A stretch of 63,437 nucleotides of DNA, the filler included, from Folioceros fuciformis (lineage: Eukaryota): assembly GCA_049999805.1 (NCBI GenBank). It is 4 parts of 4 records of this genome, joined end to end, with 100 filler letters (N's around TTAATTAATTAA, not from the genome) between each part and the next. Parts side by side here need not be neighbours in the genome. Positions count along the whole stretch, not along the records: positions 1 to 20,555 come from JBNGIO010006279.1; positions 20,656 to 34,647 come from JBNGIO010006280.1; 2 more parts are not named here. The stretch is one strand, 5' to 3'. A program made the position numbers and the translations under genes. Shown in pieces: positions 13,127 through 25,800 of this stretch. The notes under the pieces were generated by a model that made no database searches, was not told the DNA's origin, and was given only the letters and a program-made list of their open reading frames with translations. Each line of letters opens with the position of its first letter. Positions within the stretch are counted from its first letter, which is position 1.

Positions 13127-13615
13127 TCATCGTCCAGTGTCTCTCAACGTGACTAGGGACTTCATCAAGCTCGGGCCAATCTTGTCAGCAATGGCTCCTT
13201 TGTCAGACAGCAAGAGAGCTTTCTCCTTCACCGCACTTTCCAGTCCCTTCATGGAGCTCTCCAGTTTCTTCTCCTCCTGCTCGAGAAGGCTGTGAACCTG
13301 GTGAAACGGGAGGCGGACGAACATGTCCAATCCTTCAAACATCATCCAAGTGCGGGTGGAGCCATCATAGGTGCCACAAACAGCACAGCCTTGTCCACCA
13401 GCTGCCCTAGCACCACCCCCCGCACTCTGCAGCGGCGGAACGCTGCTGGTCGTGGTGCGAGCCTGTCTCCGCATCGCAGTTAAGGACTCCCTGATCCTGT
13501 TCCGTGCCACATCACAATCAAGCATGTCGCGGCGGGCTAGCAAAAGCCTCTCTGCTTCCGTCTCCACTGCCACAATTTCTTTCTGAAGCTTCTCCGCAGC
13601 GTCAGCCAGAGCCAT
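13127..13615 (-). CDS. PDRG1: p53 and DNA damage-regulated protein 1-like (prefoldin-like), single exon
   Basis: E.EAERLLLAR..D..RN..RE.LTA.R..A.TT.SSV, a CAVCG plant-type insert, DMFVRLPFH and a coiled-coil C-terminus; matches the plant PDRG1 pattern. Confidence 0.75.
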   Translation of the reverse strand: MALADAAEKLQKEIVAVETEAERLLLARRDMLDCDVARNRIRESLTAMRRQARTTTSSVPPLQSAGGGARAAGGQGCAVCGTYDGSTRTWMMFEGLDMFVRLPFHQVHSLLEQEEKKLESSMKGLESAVKEKALLLSDKGAIADKIGPSLMKSLVTLRDTGR

Positions 13616-14454
13616 GGCCGCTCCAAACTCGGCTTCGCACCAAAAGTCTGGCGGCCACAAATCGCACAATCCCTACCACCTCACCCCACGTTGCAAGCCA
13701 CTCCAAGAGCATTCAGCCTGGGATAGTTCTTACCGCTGCTGGGGAAACGCCGAGACACACCTCATTCGCAAGCTGCGGACTTCCTCCGCGCTCCCCACGT
13801 TCACGTCCCAAGTGTTGTGAACGAAGCATCCAGCGGGAGGCGTCCGGCTGACCGGCACAACAAACAACCGACGACGGGACGAACCGGTATTGTTTAGTGA
13901 TCGGTCTTGTTCACCGTTTTGTACTGGTTGCCACTGCCGGCTTTCCTCAACTTGAGGTCTCGGGTCAAAAGGGAGCCTGTAAACGTGAGCAGAGACATCT
14001 GTACATATTTGTATCGTGATTAATATGTATGTGCTTTTGGGGTATGCCCGATAGTCTCCTTCCATGCTTTCTTTTCTCAATACGTACAACCTACCACGAC
14101 AAGATGTCGGGAGATGACGGCAGGGTTTACCGGGCTGCGGGGGCTTGCTATATGGAATACCGATACGGATAGTGGCTGGACACACATTTTTTTTTTCTAA
14201 TACGTATATCAAATATATCTCTAAATCTAGTATAGATACCCATATAATACATAGCCATGTCATGGGGCCCACCTCAGTATGGTATACCATAATTTTTTTT
14301 TTTATGCATCAAGGTTATGGATCGATAGGGACACATAAGGTTTTTTTTAGGGTTTATGCACGACATCCAAATGTTTTTAAGCACACGGTATACACAGGAA
14401 AAAACAATCGCCATCCTTCCATCACCAAGGGTTTAGGGTTTGATGTCCTGATGT

Positions 14455-15497
14455 TAACTGATCACCCACCCTTAGACGCGTGACGAGCCTGCTAGCCTCT
14501 GCTTCCTTCCCTCTAGCCCGCCCGAAGGGTTTGAAGGTGTCATGAAACTAATCACCCACCCTTCGACGCGTGAAGAGGCTGCTAGCCTTCGCTTCCTTCC
14601 CCCTTGCCCGCCCGAAGTGTTTGAAAGTGGCATGAAATGGGCTGTTGGGTTCGTGCCCGCCACCATTGCGACATTAGGCAATTGGGATTCGACATGCTTG
14701 CAGATGGAATGAAAATCTTAATAAGTGATACTCGCTCAGTACAAGGGAACACATGTTTGCTCCTATCACACCACAATTGGCCTCACAAATGTCAAGTTCA
14801 TCATAAGCCTATTGCAGCTTCTGCCTCTAGGTAGGGCTTGAACAAGACCCAGGGTTCAAGGCCCTTTCAACTTGTGGCATGAGGCAAACAAGTCATTGAA
14901 GGCATGAGCCTGACAAGTCATTGAAGGTATGAGGCAAACAAGTCACATCGCACGGCTACTACAAGTCACATCGCACGGCTACTACAAGTTACATCGCACG
15001 GCTACTATAATAACCGATGAAGAAGCACAGTCACGGCCACAAGCCACTTACTTTGCGAACAAATACATCATAAGCTTTGACATTACAGGAGCATAGTCGC
15101 AGCCACAAGACACTTAGTCTGGAAACAAATACATCATAAGCTTTGATATCAGAGGACCATAGTCGCGGCCACTAGCCACTCAGTTTGGAAACAAGTGACA
15201 TCATAAGCTTTGACATCAGAGGACAATCTTCGACTCCCTAAGCACATGTCAAAAACATTGCAAAACCCATGGCACACTTCAACGAACATTGTAAGGTTTC
15301 TCACCAACTCCATCAATGGTCTTCTTAGATCCCTTACCTGCACAACCTGTCACCAACTCCATTAATGGTCTTCTCAGATCCCCTGCCTACACAACCTATC
15401 ACCAACTCCATCAATGGTCTTGTCAGATCCCTTGCCTGCACAACCTGTCACCAACTCCATCAATGGTCTTCTCAGATCCCTTGCTTGCACAATCTGC
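14455..15497. repeat. Patchwork of adjacent distinct tandem repeats (~90, 25, 21, 66 and 49-bp units)
   Basis: 90 bp x2 (14461/14551); 25 bp and 21 bp units (14876-15008); ~66 bp x3 (15023-15222); 49 bp x4 (15301, 15350, 15399, 15448). Confidence 0.85.
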
Positions 15498-15829
15498 ATA
15501 GCCAATTCAATTAATATTGTCCTTCACAAATTCCACATGGCCATACGCAAGACACAATATAACGAATATTGCTGAGCACCATCAGGGTTATGTGCATCAC
15601 AGGGACATAAGGAAGGAGAAGGCGCCCTGCATGTGTGCTAAGCCTACCACCCTTCGCCTCCTTCCTCCCAACCCCAAGGCTTCGAAGGCGAGGCGTCAAA
15701 CCACGTCGGGCCCAGGGTAGCCGGCGTCGCAGGACAGTCGACGCCACAAAGGAGGAATGCTATCGCGGGGTTCCGAACGCTGCGAGGCAGTAAGAATAGT
15801 GCATTCGACCGTGGCAAGAACGAAAGTGC

Positions 15830-16580
15830 TGATTGCCGAGATTGTGGACAGACTCGTGCGATTGTGTATCTTCCAGACGAATATAAACATAGACATCTGT
15901 CCTTCCCATGCAGAGGAGGAGAATGTGTTTTGTGTGGACTGCAACAATGACAAAATCATTTGTCGGCGTTGTTTTACACTACAGCACGGTCATTGCAGGT
16001 ACATAGATGTACAATATCTCTTTCCGAAAGGCTTCAGAGTAGAAACTTCGATGTTAGAATAGTTGGGAATCGATAGCTTACGTCTCAACGTAAAAGATGC
16101 CCACCGCCATGAATAGAAGAAATACACCTTACTTCGCAAGCCTTTGCTACCGGTTAGGATTACGAAGCTTTGTCCAAGGTGTCTCCGATGTAGATGCAAC
16201 CTTGGGTAAACTGAGAGACAAATGTGTTCTTTGGCTTGTGGTTTGGAATTGCAAGATCCTTAACGAACTACCTAGAATCTGGCGAGTGCGATGCGTCAAG
16301 AACCCTGCGCGTAGCGGGGCTACCCGCCCACGCTGCTCAAGGTGCCGACCTCGCAATGGAAACTACGACGTTAGAACAACTGGGAATTGGCACGTTATAT
16401 CTCAACGTAAAAGATGATCACCGCCATGAACGGAAGAAATACACCTTACTTCGCAAGCCTTTGCTGCCGGTCAAGATTACGAAGCTTTGTCCAAGGTGTC
16501 TCCAATGTAGATGCAACCTTGGCCAAACTGAGAGACAAATGTGTTCTTTGGCTTGTTGTTCGGAATTGCAAGATCATTAA
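15830..16580 (+). pseudogene. Divergent PLATZ-like zinc-finger gene relic with a 317-bp internal duplication
   Basis: N-terminal CPSH..NVFCVDC..ICRRC..HGH and C-terminal CLQC-x11-CSLAC reproduce the two PLATZ zinc-binding motifs. The first duplicate carries in-frame stops. Confidence 0.55.
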
Positions 16581-16632
16581 CGAACTACCTAAGATCTGGC
16601 GAGTGCGATGCGTCAAGAACCCTGCGCGTAGC
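16053..16632. repeat. Direct duplication, 317-bp period
   Basis: CTCAACGTAAAAGATG occurs at 16084 and 16401; AACCCTGCGCGTAGC at 16301 and 16618. Confidence 0.9.
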
Positions 16633-17279
16633 ACGGAGCACTCACCCGCACCGCGTAGGGTGCCGGCCTCAACGCGAGGCACTTGCGAGGGCGACGCAAC
16701 GCTGTGCGGGACGCGGTGCACCCGAGAGGGCACCACCGTGCCGCGCGGGGTGATTGCCCTAACGCGGGGCGCGGGGAGCCACTCTAAAGCGCGGGACCTG
16801 CGAGGGCACTGCCGCGTGCAGTGCCACTCTGCAACGTAGGGCACTCGCCCACACTATGCGAGCGCCAGACCGGGTTCTGCGCCGCAGGCACGGGGCGGAT
16901 AGGCCTCGCTGCAAAGGGCGCGGTGCGAGGGCCACACCGGGGGGACGGTAGGGGGACGGCAGCCCCGCTGCGCTAGGCACAGGAAGGCGGTCGCAGCGAG
17001 GCATTAGCCATAGGAGGGTGCTAGGCCATCTGAACCCTGGTGCTTGGATCATAGTGATGGAGATACTAGGTGGCTGCAGTGCAGACTGCGAGGTTTCCAA
17101 CTTTCGTTTACCAATCGAGTAGGTTAGCAGTATGTTGTGAATGTAAATCGATGACAAGGGTTTTCGAGTCCAGAACGAATCCGCACCTACTGTTGTGCCC
17201 TTGTGTCTTAAGATATTGGCCATTACATTGGTTCCTTCTTCCTGCCATCACAACTACATCCTTGGGAATATTGTATTAA

Positions 17280-19499
17280 TCCGGAAAATTGTCTTTGGTT
17301 TGCAATGTGCCGAAACTGTGCACAGTTAACAATGATTTGGTTATGGGGCGACGGGTTCATGATCTCTTCGTGAAACTTGGCTACGAGTCGAATGCATACG
17401 CGGGAAACCATATCTTGCGCATGTAGGCATGTGGAGGTAGGCTAGATGAGGCCATGCATGTGCTCACCAGAGTGGACAAGCCGGATGCTTTTATGTGGTC
17501 TTCCATAATCTCCGCTCGCGCTAAGCATGGGAAACCTGAGTGGGCCATACAACTGTATCAGGTGATGCGAAGGTCAGGAGTGAAGGCAGATGCATACGTC
17601 TTCGTAGCTGCCCTTCAGGCTTGTGCATTGGCTGCCGACTTGGAATCTGGCAGAAAAGCGCACCGTGATGTGGTGCAGAGTGGTGTTCCTGCTAACTTGT
17701 GTGTGGGCAGCTGCCTGGTGGACATGTATGCAAAACATGTGTACGGACAAATGGAGGAGGCGGGCGTCATTTTGGCTGACCGTGTTACTTTTGCTGGCCT
17801 TTTGAAGGCCTGTGGAAGCACTGGTGCCTTTCAGAAGGGCATGAAATTGCACTCACAGATAGTAGAAAGAGGACTGCTGGATGACGTTCTGGTGGGCAGC
17901 TGCCTGGTGGACATGTCTGCGAAATGTGGCAAAATGACAGATGTACGCCAGGTTTTTGACAGCATGGGCTCAAAGAATGTAGTGACATGGAATGTTCTGA
18001 TAGCAGGGTATGCACAGCAAGGACTCGGCCAAGAGGCGCTTGTTGTGTATGGACAAATGAAGGAGGCAGGCTTCAATTTGGCTAACGACGTTACTTTTGC
18101 TTGCCTTCTGAAGGCCTGTGCAAGAACTGGTGCCTTACAAAAGGGCAGACAGCTGCATTCACAGATTGTTGAAAGAGGACTGCTGGATGACGGCTCGGTG
18201 GGCAACTGCCTGGTGGATATGTATGCGAAATGTGGGAAACTGGAAGATGCACGACAGGTTTTTCACAGCATGGCCACAAAGGATGTGGTGACATGGACAG
18301 CGCTAATTGCTGGGTATGCACAGCAAGGACTTGGCCAAGAGGCGCTTGTTGTGTATGGGCAAATGGAGGAATCTGGTCTTACTTTGGCTAACCATGTTAC
18401 TTTTGCTTGCCTTCTGAAGGCCTGTGGAAACACGGGTGCGTTACAGATGGGCAGGCAGCTTCACTCACAGATTTTCCAACGAGGACTGCTGGATAACGTA
18501 GTGGTGGGCACCTGCCTGGTGGACATGTTCAAAATGTGGTGAAATGGAAGATGCACGCCAGGTTTTTGACAGCATGGCCACGAAGGATGTGGTGACATGG
18601 AATGCCCTGATTTCTGGGTATGGTGCTTGCAGCTTGAGGTCACAAGGCACTAGCTTGTTTTGAGGAGATGTTGGTTGCGGTTCATCCTAATGATGTTACT
18701 TTCACTTACGTCCTAGTAGCATGAAGCCATGAGGGATTGGTCCACGAGGGTCGCAAACAATTTGATTCCATGACTGAAGAGCATGGCATCAAACCTACTA
18801 TTGAGCATTGCACCTGCATGGTTGATCTTCTTGGGCGTGCTGTCCACTTAGATGAGGCAGAGACAATGCTATTGTCATGTGAGTACCAGAGTAATGTTGT
18901 GGGCTTGACATCTTTGTTGCATGCCTGCAAAAGTCACGGGGATGTAGGGAGGGCTGTGGTGTTTCGAAAGGATTGCTAGGCTGGAACCTCAAAGGGCGTC
19001 GGCCTATGTTCTCATGGCCAATACCTACGCAGATGCAGGTATGTGGGGCAATGTAGACAGGATAGAAACGCAGAGAAGAGTAGCAGGAGCTAACAAGAAA
19101 TCTTTAGTAGCGACCCTTGAGGTGAATAAGGAGGTGCATAGATTTTTGGTGGGAGAAAGGAACGAGAGTATTGCTCTTAAAGTGGAGAGCACGAATGCCC
19201 AGCTGAAGCAGGAAGGGGGATATGTACCACAAACGAAGTTGGTGTTGAAGCAACTCTATGAGACAGAAAAGGAAGATTTGCTTTGCGGGCATGCTGAGAA
19301 GCTAGCTCTGGCTTTTGGCCTCTTGAACACACCGAGCGGCACTCCTCTGGTGGTAACGAAAAATCTACGCATGTGCAGTGACTGCCAGAGTTCCACGGAG
19401 ATCATGTCAAGGCTTGAACACAGACGCATTGTTGTAAGGGATGGATCCCGTGTACATCAATTCGCAGATGGCTGTTGCAGTTGTAAGGGTCGGCCGTGA
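17280..19499 (+). pseudogene. PLS-class PPR with E and DYW:KP-type (HAE..GRP) deaminase domain; disrupted
   Basis: P-L-S triplets (VTWNVLIAGYAQQG, VTFACLLKAC, CLVDMYAKCG) and a C-terminal LCGHAEKLALAFGL..KNLRMCSDC..CSCKGRP. Lesions: in-frame TAG near 17425, frameshifts near 18530, 18635 and 18960, and a TGA near 18722. Confidence 0.88.
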
Positions 19500-20337
19500 G
19501 AGAGAACGACGTGTAGCCAGTGTAGGCCTGGGATTTTGGGAACGCGGTTGGCATCTGCTTGAACATCAGGGGGTCGGGGCTCCGGTGCAGTCTTGGGATT
19601 ATGGCTCAGATCCAAAGGAATCGGAGCTGCGCTTGCCGCATCCAGCTTGTAGCGCCATGAGCGTGACTTGGCGAGTTCTCGCTAACCTGCAAGGCTCCCG
19701 GACCCTAGGATTGATGTCGGTCTCGGCATCTCCACCCCTTTCTGTGAGAGATTTTGTCTAAGGGGGTCCTGCCTGCTGGTAGCTGCGGGTATACGTGGTT
19801 CAGGGTTCACACAAGACAACTCCAACATTCTGCAACAATTTTCAACTTCGGAACTCCAACATCCTGCAACACCTTCCAACTTTGGAGAAACGGGGACAGT
19901 TGAAGTCATCTGATGCGCGCTCATACACGGCCGCACAAAGTCTGCAGGACTGGCACGTAGGTTTCAGAACTTTTCTTGGCTCTCTACAATGTGTCCACAG
20001 CATGAAACCATTATCCCTAAAGCCTAGAGGGAGGCACCTTGGAAACGTCTACAACAGCATCGACGGGAACAGTCAAACAGCCATGAAACTGTTGCAGGGA
20101 CACTGGTGCACACGCCATGCTGAGCTAACTAGGCATAACTCCCTCGATGAGCTGGGAATCGAGATTATGGCTCACATCCCTGGCATTGTAGCTTCCAGAA
20201 GGAAATTCGGGGCCAGCTTCTACAACTTTACTCATGACATGGCGAGCCCTTGGCTATCTACAGGGAGCCAACGCCGACCACCTATCCTTCCAGTTTGAAC
20301 GAAATCTCACCGTACCTCAACCTCGACGAGGCCAGGA

Positions 20338-22815
20338 TGTTAGAGTTGGTGCAAGCCCACGACGAGGGCCATATCCTTGCAAGCCGTGAACTCGAGTAGG
20401 CTTGTGGGTATTACGGGTAAGACCCATTTTGGGTGGTAATTACTATCTTAATTACTATTGTAGGGTAAAAAGTTATTTTATACTTACTTTTTATCGTAAA
20501 GAAAATTATAATTATATATCTTGTAATTACATTGTATATTATATATGTATATATANNNNNNNNNNNNNNNNNNNNNNNNNNNNNNNNNNNNNNNNNNNNT
20601 TAATTAATTAANNNNNNNNNNNNNNNNNNNNNNNNNNNNNNNNNNNNNNNNNNNNGGAAAAGGAAAATATAAAGGCAGCCCTTCACCTGGTCAAAGAGGG
20701 GACACTCAAGTTCCTTCCAAATGTCCGGGCAATTGCAATTGGTGTGGTATTCCTGGACATTGGGCAAAAGAATGTCGTAAGAAGCGAGAAGGTGAACCTC
20801 AAAAACAACCTAAACAAGCTGCTAGTCTTGCAGTCAAAGAAGCATCAGGAGGATTGAAGGCACAAGTGAAGATACTCAAAGTATGCTTGTCAAGTTCTCT
20901 GAATGATGATGGTTGTTGGTATCTCGATTCGGGAGCTACCACTCATATCTGCAAGGATAGAAGCTTGTTCACCACCCTACAACCTGTATTAGGAAGTGAT
21001 AAGGTTTTTTTAGGAGATGAACAAAGCAAAACTAGCTTGCAAATACAGGGAAAAGGTACCTGTACTTTCAGCCTTCACGACGGAACGGCCCTGCTTCTTG
21101 AGGATGTTCTTCTTGTCCCAACTATGGCTAAAAACCTCATGTCTTTAAGCCAGCTCATGCGTCTACAGTTTTTTAATTTACGAGCAGATCATGAGCATTG
21201 CTGTTTTTATTGACGATCTTCCCCTAGAACATGTGTTTTTAAAGGACTACTTGTACAAGACCTATACAGATTAGACATTACTTGTCAACCAGCTGCTGAT
21301 GCACAACATTCAGCCCATTCAATAGGAGACCTTCAGTCAAGTTCAGCAAAGGAAGCCATTTTGTGGCATGCCAGATTAGGGCATGTCAACAAATCTAAGC
21401 TAATTGACATGTCCGTTACGGAATGTCACAAGGAACCTCTTCCAAAGTGCTTCAAACACTTACCTATTTGTGAATCTTGCATATTAGCAAAGCAAAAGGA
21501 ATTCCCTTTTCCAAGCGCTTCCCTACATAGGGCAACACATCCACTTGGGTTAGTACATGCGGATATATCAGGAAAAATTAGTGAACCTTCCCTGGGAGGC
21601 TCAAAATACTTTTTTACCTTAACAGATGATTATAGCCGCTATACATGGACATACCCAATGCAATCTAAAAGTGACACATTTAGTTTCTTCAAGGATTGGT
21701 TTTACACAGCTCAAAGGCAATCAGGACAACTGCTTAAAACATTAAGGACTGACAATGGTACCGAATTTGTCAATTCTTCCTTTGACTCCTTCCTTCAAGA
21801 AACTGATGTCCTTAGGCAATTGACTATGCCCTACACACCTCAACAAAATGGTGTCTCAGAACGTCTGAATCAAACTCTACTTGGTATGACCAGAAGCATG
21901 CTATTGTGGGCAGGTCTACCTCAAGGATACTGGACCGAGGCTGTTGTTGCAGCTACCTATATCCTGAATAGGATTATTACAAGCTCAGTTCCACTCATGA
22001 CACCCTGTGAGGCATTCTGGCATAAGACACCAAGTTTAGCACATCTTAGAGTTTTTGGATCTAAGGCTTTTGCTCACAAACCTTCTAAGAAACGCAAGAA
22101 ACTTGATCCAAGGGCACAGGCTCTTATTTTTATAGGCTACAGCGAACAAGCTAAAGCATATAAGTTATATCATCCCCACAAAGGAGATATTGTATTAGCA
22201 CGTAGTGTTACATTCTTGGAAAGAAGTTCACCAGCCACATCAGATGGTATACAATTGGATGCTGAGGTAGATACCTCTTCGGCTGAAGCAGCAGATTATC
22301 CACTTGATGATCTTGATGCGGATGAATTGAGCCAGCCTGCAATTCCCCCAGCAGATGACGGGTTAGATACCCTAATCCTCCCATCCCACATGGCAATCCT
22401 GAACAACAACCAGATCCAGTACAAGAGGAACTCGCTGAGGAGCCTGATGTGCTTTTACTTGTTCCGGATGATCAACATGTTATTGATGACCCACCTGTTT
22501 TAGATGAGCCTGCTCCTGTCCTTAGACGTTCCACTCGACATCATGCCCCACCTGCAGAATGGCAGGAGCCTCCTTATCAGTCAATAGATTTTAGATCTCA
22601 TCTTGCTGTAAAACAATCTTTACCAGATGAGCCCACATCCCTTACCCAAGCTTTTACAGGTCCTCAAAGCATGCAGTGGAAGGCTGCGGTAGGAGACGAG
22701 TACCAATCCCTAGTCAAAAACAAAACATGGGTTTTGTCAGATCTACCACCTGGCCGGAAAGCCATATCATGCAAATGGGTATTTAAATTGAAATTAAATG
22801 CAAAGGGAGAAGTTG
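20338..22815 (+). mobile_element. Ty1/copia retrotransposon 5' part (gag zinc knuckle, protease, integrase, start of RT), decayed and truncated
   Basis: CNWCGIPGHWAKEC, WYLDSGATTHIC, WHARLGH, HADISG..TDDYSR..RTDNGTEF..QQNGVSER and KWVFKLK. A possible 5' LTR starts TGTTAG at 20338 and runs into the gap (weak). Confidence 0.9.
20556..20655. other. Assembly gap with TTAATTAATTAA spacer (also at ~34648-34747 and ~46107-46206)
   Basis: An identical 12-mer with stop codons in all frames sits in the middle of three 100-nt N blocks. Confidence 0.9.
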
Positions 22816-25800
22816 TGAAAGGATGGCTATGTTTCCTTCTCGTTAATAGATAATAGTTACTTATAATTAATTACGTAGTTAGAAGTTATTCAACGGCCAA
22901 CTGTCAGCTTGTTCATTATATAAGGAAACACTACCTAATAAAGAAACTGTATTCTGTGATATTTGTTGTTGCTCATGGTATCAGAGCCGGAGTAAGCAAA
23001 TTCGTGCGTTCGCCTAGTCTAATCTGCGCGCGTTTGTGCAATGTCAAACGACAGTCACAATTCAGCACTAGGACAACGAGGTGCGCATCGACAGGGAAGT
23101 TCTTCAAGACAAAATCAGTTCTAATCGGCTGATTTTCTGTCGGACTTCTCGAACAAGTCTCATTACTATTGCAGAACATCGCCATATCACTTCGCAACAC
23201 AGGCGCCTTACGTACCTGCGTGCGCACGGGTCAGGAGAGCACGACACCGTGCCATACCTGCCCAAGAACGAGTTGATTATTCCCAGCTTGAGGCAATCGC
23301 TGACCTTGAAATCAAGATTATTCAATCAAGTTGAGGATTTAATTGACTCGTTGGAAGAAGCGAAGAATACCCTGAACGCAGCAGTAAGAACATTACCGAG
23401 CCGCTCAAATCTGAGGCTGGAGGTGAGAGTGAGCCTCAAGTGGATATGCGCCTTAGCTCTAATCTTGCATGTCCTCTTCTTCTGGGGGCGTGCTAGCAAT
23501 ACCTCCGTTACCTCCAAAACCTAGAAAGAATCAAATAAGATCCCGTAAAACTATGGGAACAGTTAACAATTATACTACGTTTGATTTTAAGAGAAGGATC
23601 GCTTCTCTGGCAAAGACTTCGAAATCTGGGCAGCTCGTGTTAAGGCGATTCTGGAGGAGAAGGAGCTGTGGGGGCACGTGACAGGCCAGGTAGTTAGACC
23701 GGTACCCGTTGACGTGAATCTCCCTACAGCAGCAGAAACAAGGGATATACAAGCCTGGGATAAAGATGAGAGAAAAACTAGAACAATCTTAATGCAGGCC
23801 CTGTCCATAAAGACCATGCATCATATGTTAAGCACGGTCACAGCAAAACAGGCCTGGGATCAATTGCAAGACAGCTATGCAGCTAGAGATACCTTAGCTC
23901 TAGTCATGGCCACTCAGAGTTTTTACCAACTAAAAATGAGTGAATCAGATTCTGTGGAGAAGCACATCACACAATTCAGAGTGAATAGGTCAAAACTGGC
24001 CTCCCTAGGAACCACAGTTACTGAAGAACAGGCAGCTGTCGTGCTACTTGCATCCTTGCCATTAAGTTGGTCCATTTTTATTACATCACAATAAGGCAGA
24101 CCTAATTTAACAGTAGCAATGGTCATATCCGCAATGTACCAACATGAGAACACCAGGAAACTTACTGGACTGCAGCAAGGCCAGGATGGTGGAGGCACAC
24201 TTTTCGCAAAAGGACGTTTTCAAAAAACAGGAAGACCCTGGTCGCAGCAGCCAAAAGATCAGACTTCGTCAAATTCACAGAACCCCAACAAAAGAAGCTT
24301 TAAGTGCTCATANNNNNNNNNNNNNNNNNNNNNNNNNNNNNNNNNNNNNNNNNNNNNNNNNNNNNNNNNNNNNNNNNNNNNNNNNNNNNNNNNNNNNNNN
24401 NNNNNNNNNNNNCCAAAAGATCAGACATCGTCAAATTCACAGAACCCCAACAAAAGAAGTTTTAAGTGCTCATACTGTAAAAAGCCTGGGCACTTCTGGA
24501 AGGAGTGTCGTAAGAAAAAATTTGACGATCAGAAGAGAGGCATATCTCAATTGAATAAATCCCACACTCACCTTGCCTCATCTCCTGGATGCTTCATTGT
24601 TAAATGTAATCTGTCAGCAAGCCTTGACAGTTCAAGCTAGTACTTAGACTCTGGAGCCTCGAATCATTTCTGCTTTGACTTGAGCATAGTAAGAAATCTC
24701 GAGGCATTTGATCCTCCAAGAAAAGTGGCTCTTGGAGATGACCGGCTGTGCCCTATTGTGGGTCAAGTCACAGTCATACTGCAGCTGGCATCTGGGGCAA
24801 CTTTTCAGTTGTATCCAGTTATGCTAGTCTCTACATTAACCAAAAACCTGATGTCAACCATAAGCTTGGGCAGTTTACAGGATCGTGCATGAGGATGATG
24901 AAACAGTACTCTCCTTGAAGTCTGAGCCTGGAAAAGCAATAATGACTGGCAAACCTGACAAGGGTTTGATATTGCTAGACGCCAAATCAATCAAGCATGA
25001 AGTCGTGAAGCTGTCAATAAAGGATGAACAGCTTACGAAGCTTTGGCATGGCAGGCTTGGGCATCCATCCAAGCGCAAGCTGCACGAGCTTGTAAATGGA
25101 GGTTTGGCATCAGGAGTTCCTCGATTTTATATTGACCCAAGTTTTGGCTGTGACCCCTGCGTGCTTGGAAAACAAGAAAAGCTGCCTCATCGAAAAAGTT
25201 CAACAAGGGCAGAGCATCTACTGGGACTTGTCCACACCGATGTGTGTGGGCCCATGGAAAACCAGTCGTTAGGAGGAAGTAAATACTATGTGACCTTCAT
25301 AGATGATAGAAGTCACTTCACGTGTGTTTACTTCCTACATAAAAGATCAGAAGTATTCGATAGATTTAAGGAATACCTGAATTATGCCAAGAGGCAAACA
25401 ATGTAGCAGCTTAAGGTCCTTCGATCTGACAACGGAGGAGAATACGTGTCAAAACAGTTTAATGAGTTTTGCAAGCAAAAAGGAATACACAGGCATTTTT
25501 CCGTGGCCTATACCCCGCAACAAAATGGGGTTGTTGAAAAGCGTAACAAGGATCTAAATAACTCAGCACGATCCATGTTACAGGCAGCCTCCCGTCCAAA
25601 GGTTTACTGGGCAGAGGGGGTAGCAGTAGCAATGCATGTTCAAAACCGACTCCCTTCTAAGAAAATACCTGGATTCACACCGTATGAATTATGGACTGGG
25701 CGAAAGCCTGACCTTAAGCACTTGAAAATATTTGGCTGCCTAGCATATGTGCACGTTTCTGCACAACATAGGGCCAAGTGGGATCCAAAATCACAACGTA

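Noticed and set aside
16060-16210. Stop codons 'repairable' by U-to-C editing in the PLATZ-like relic
   Set aside because: Plant U-to-C editing is organellar; C-to-T decay of a nuclear duplicate explains these stops more simply.
19500-20337. ORFs downstream of the PPR pseudogene
   Set aside because: No recognisable motif, start context or splice pattern.
20600-20611. Recurrent TTAATTAATTAA motif (three times)
   Set aside because: Always centred in N-runs; a scaffolding linker, not biological sequence.
24251-24473. ~60-bp duplication in the copia gag
   Set aside because: The copies flank a 100-N gap; most likely an unmerged contig overlap.
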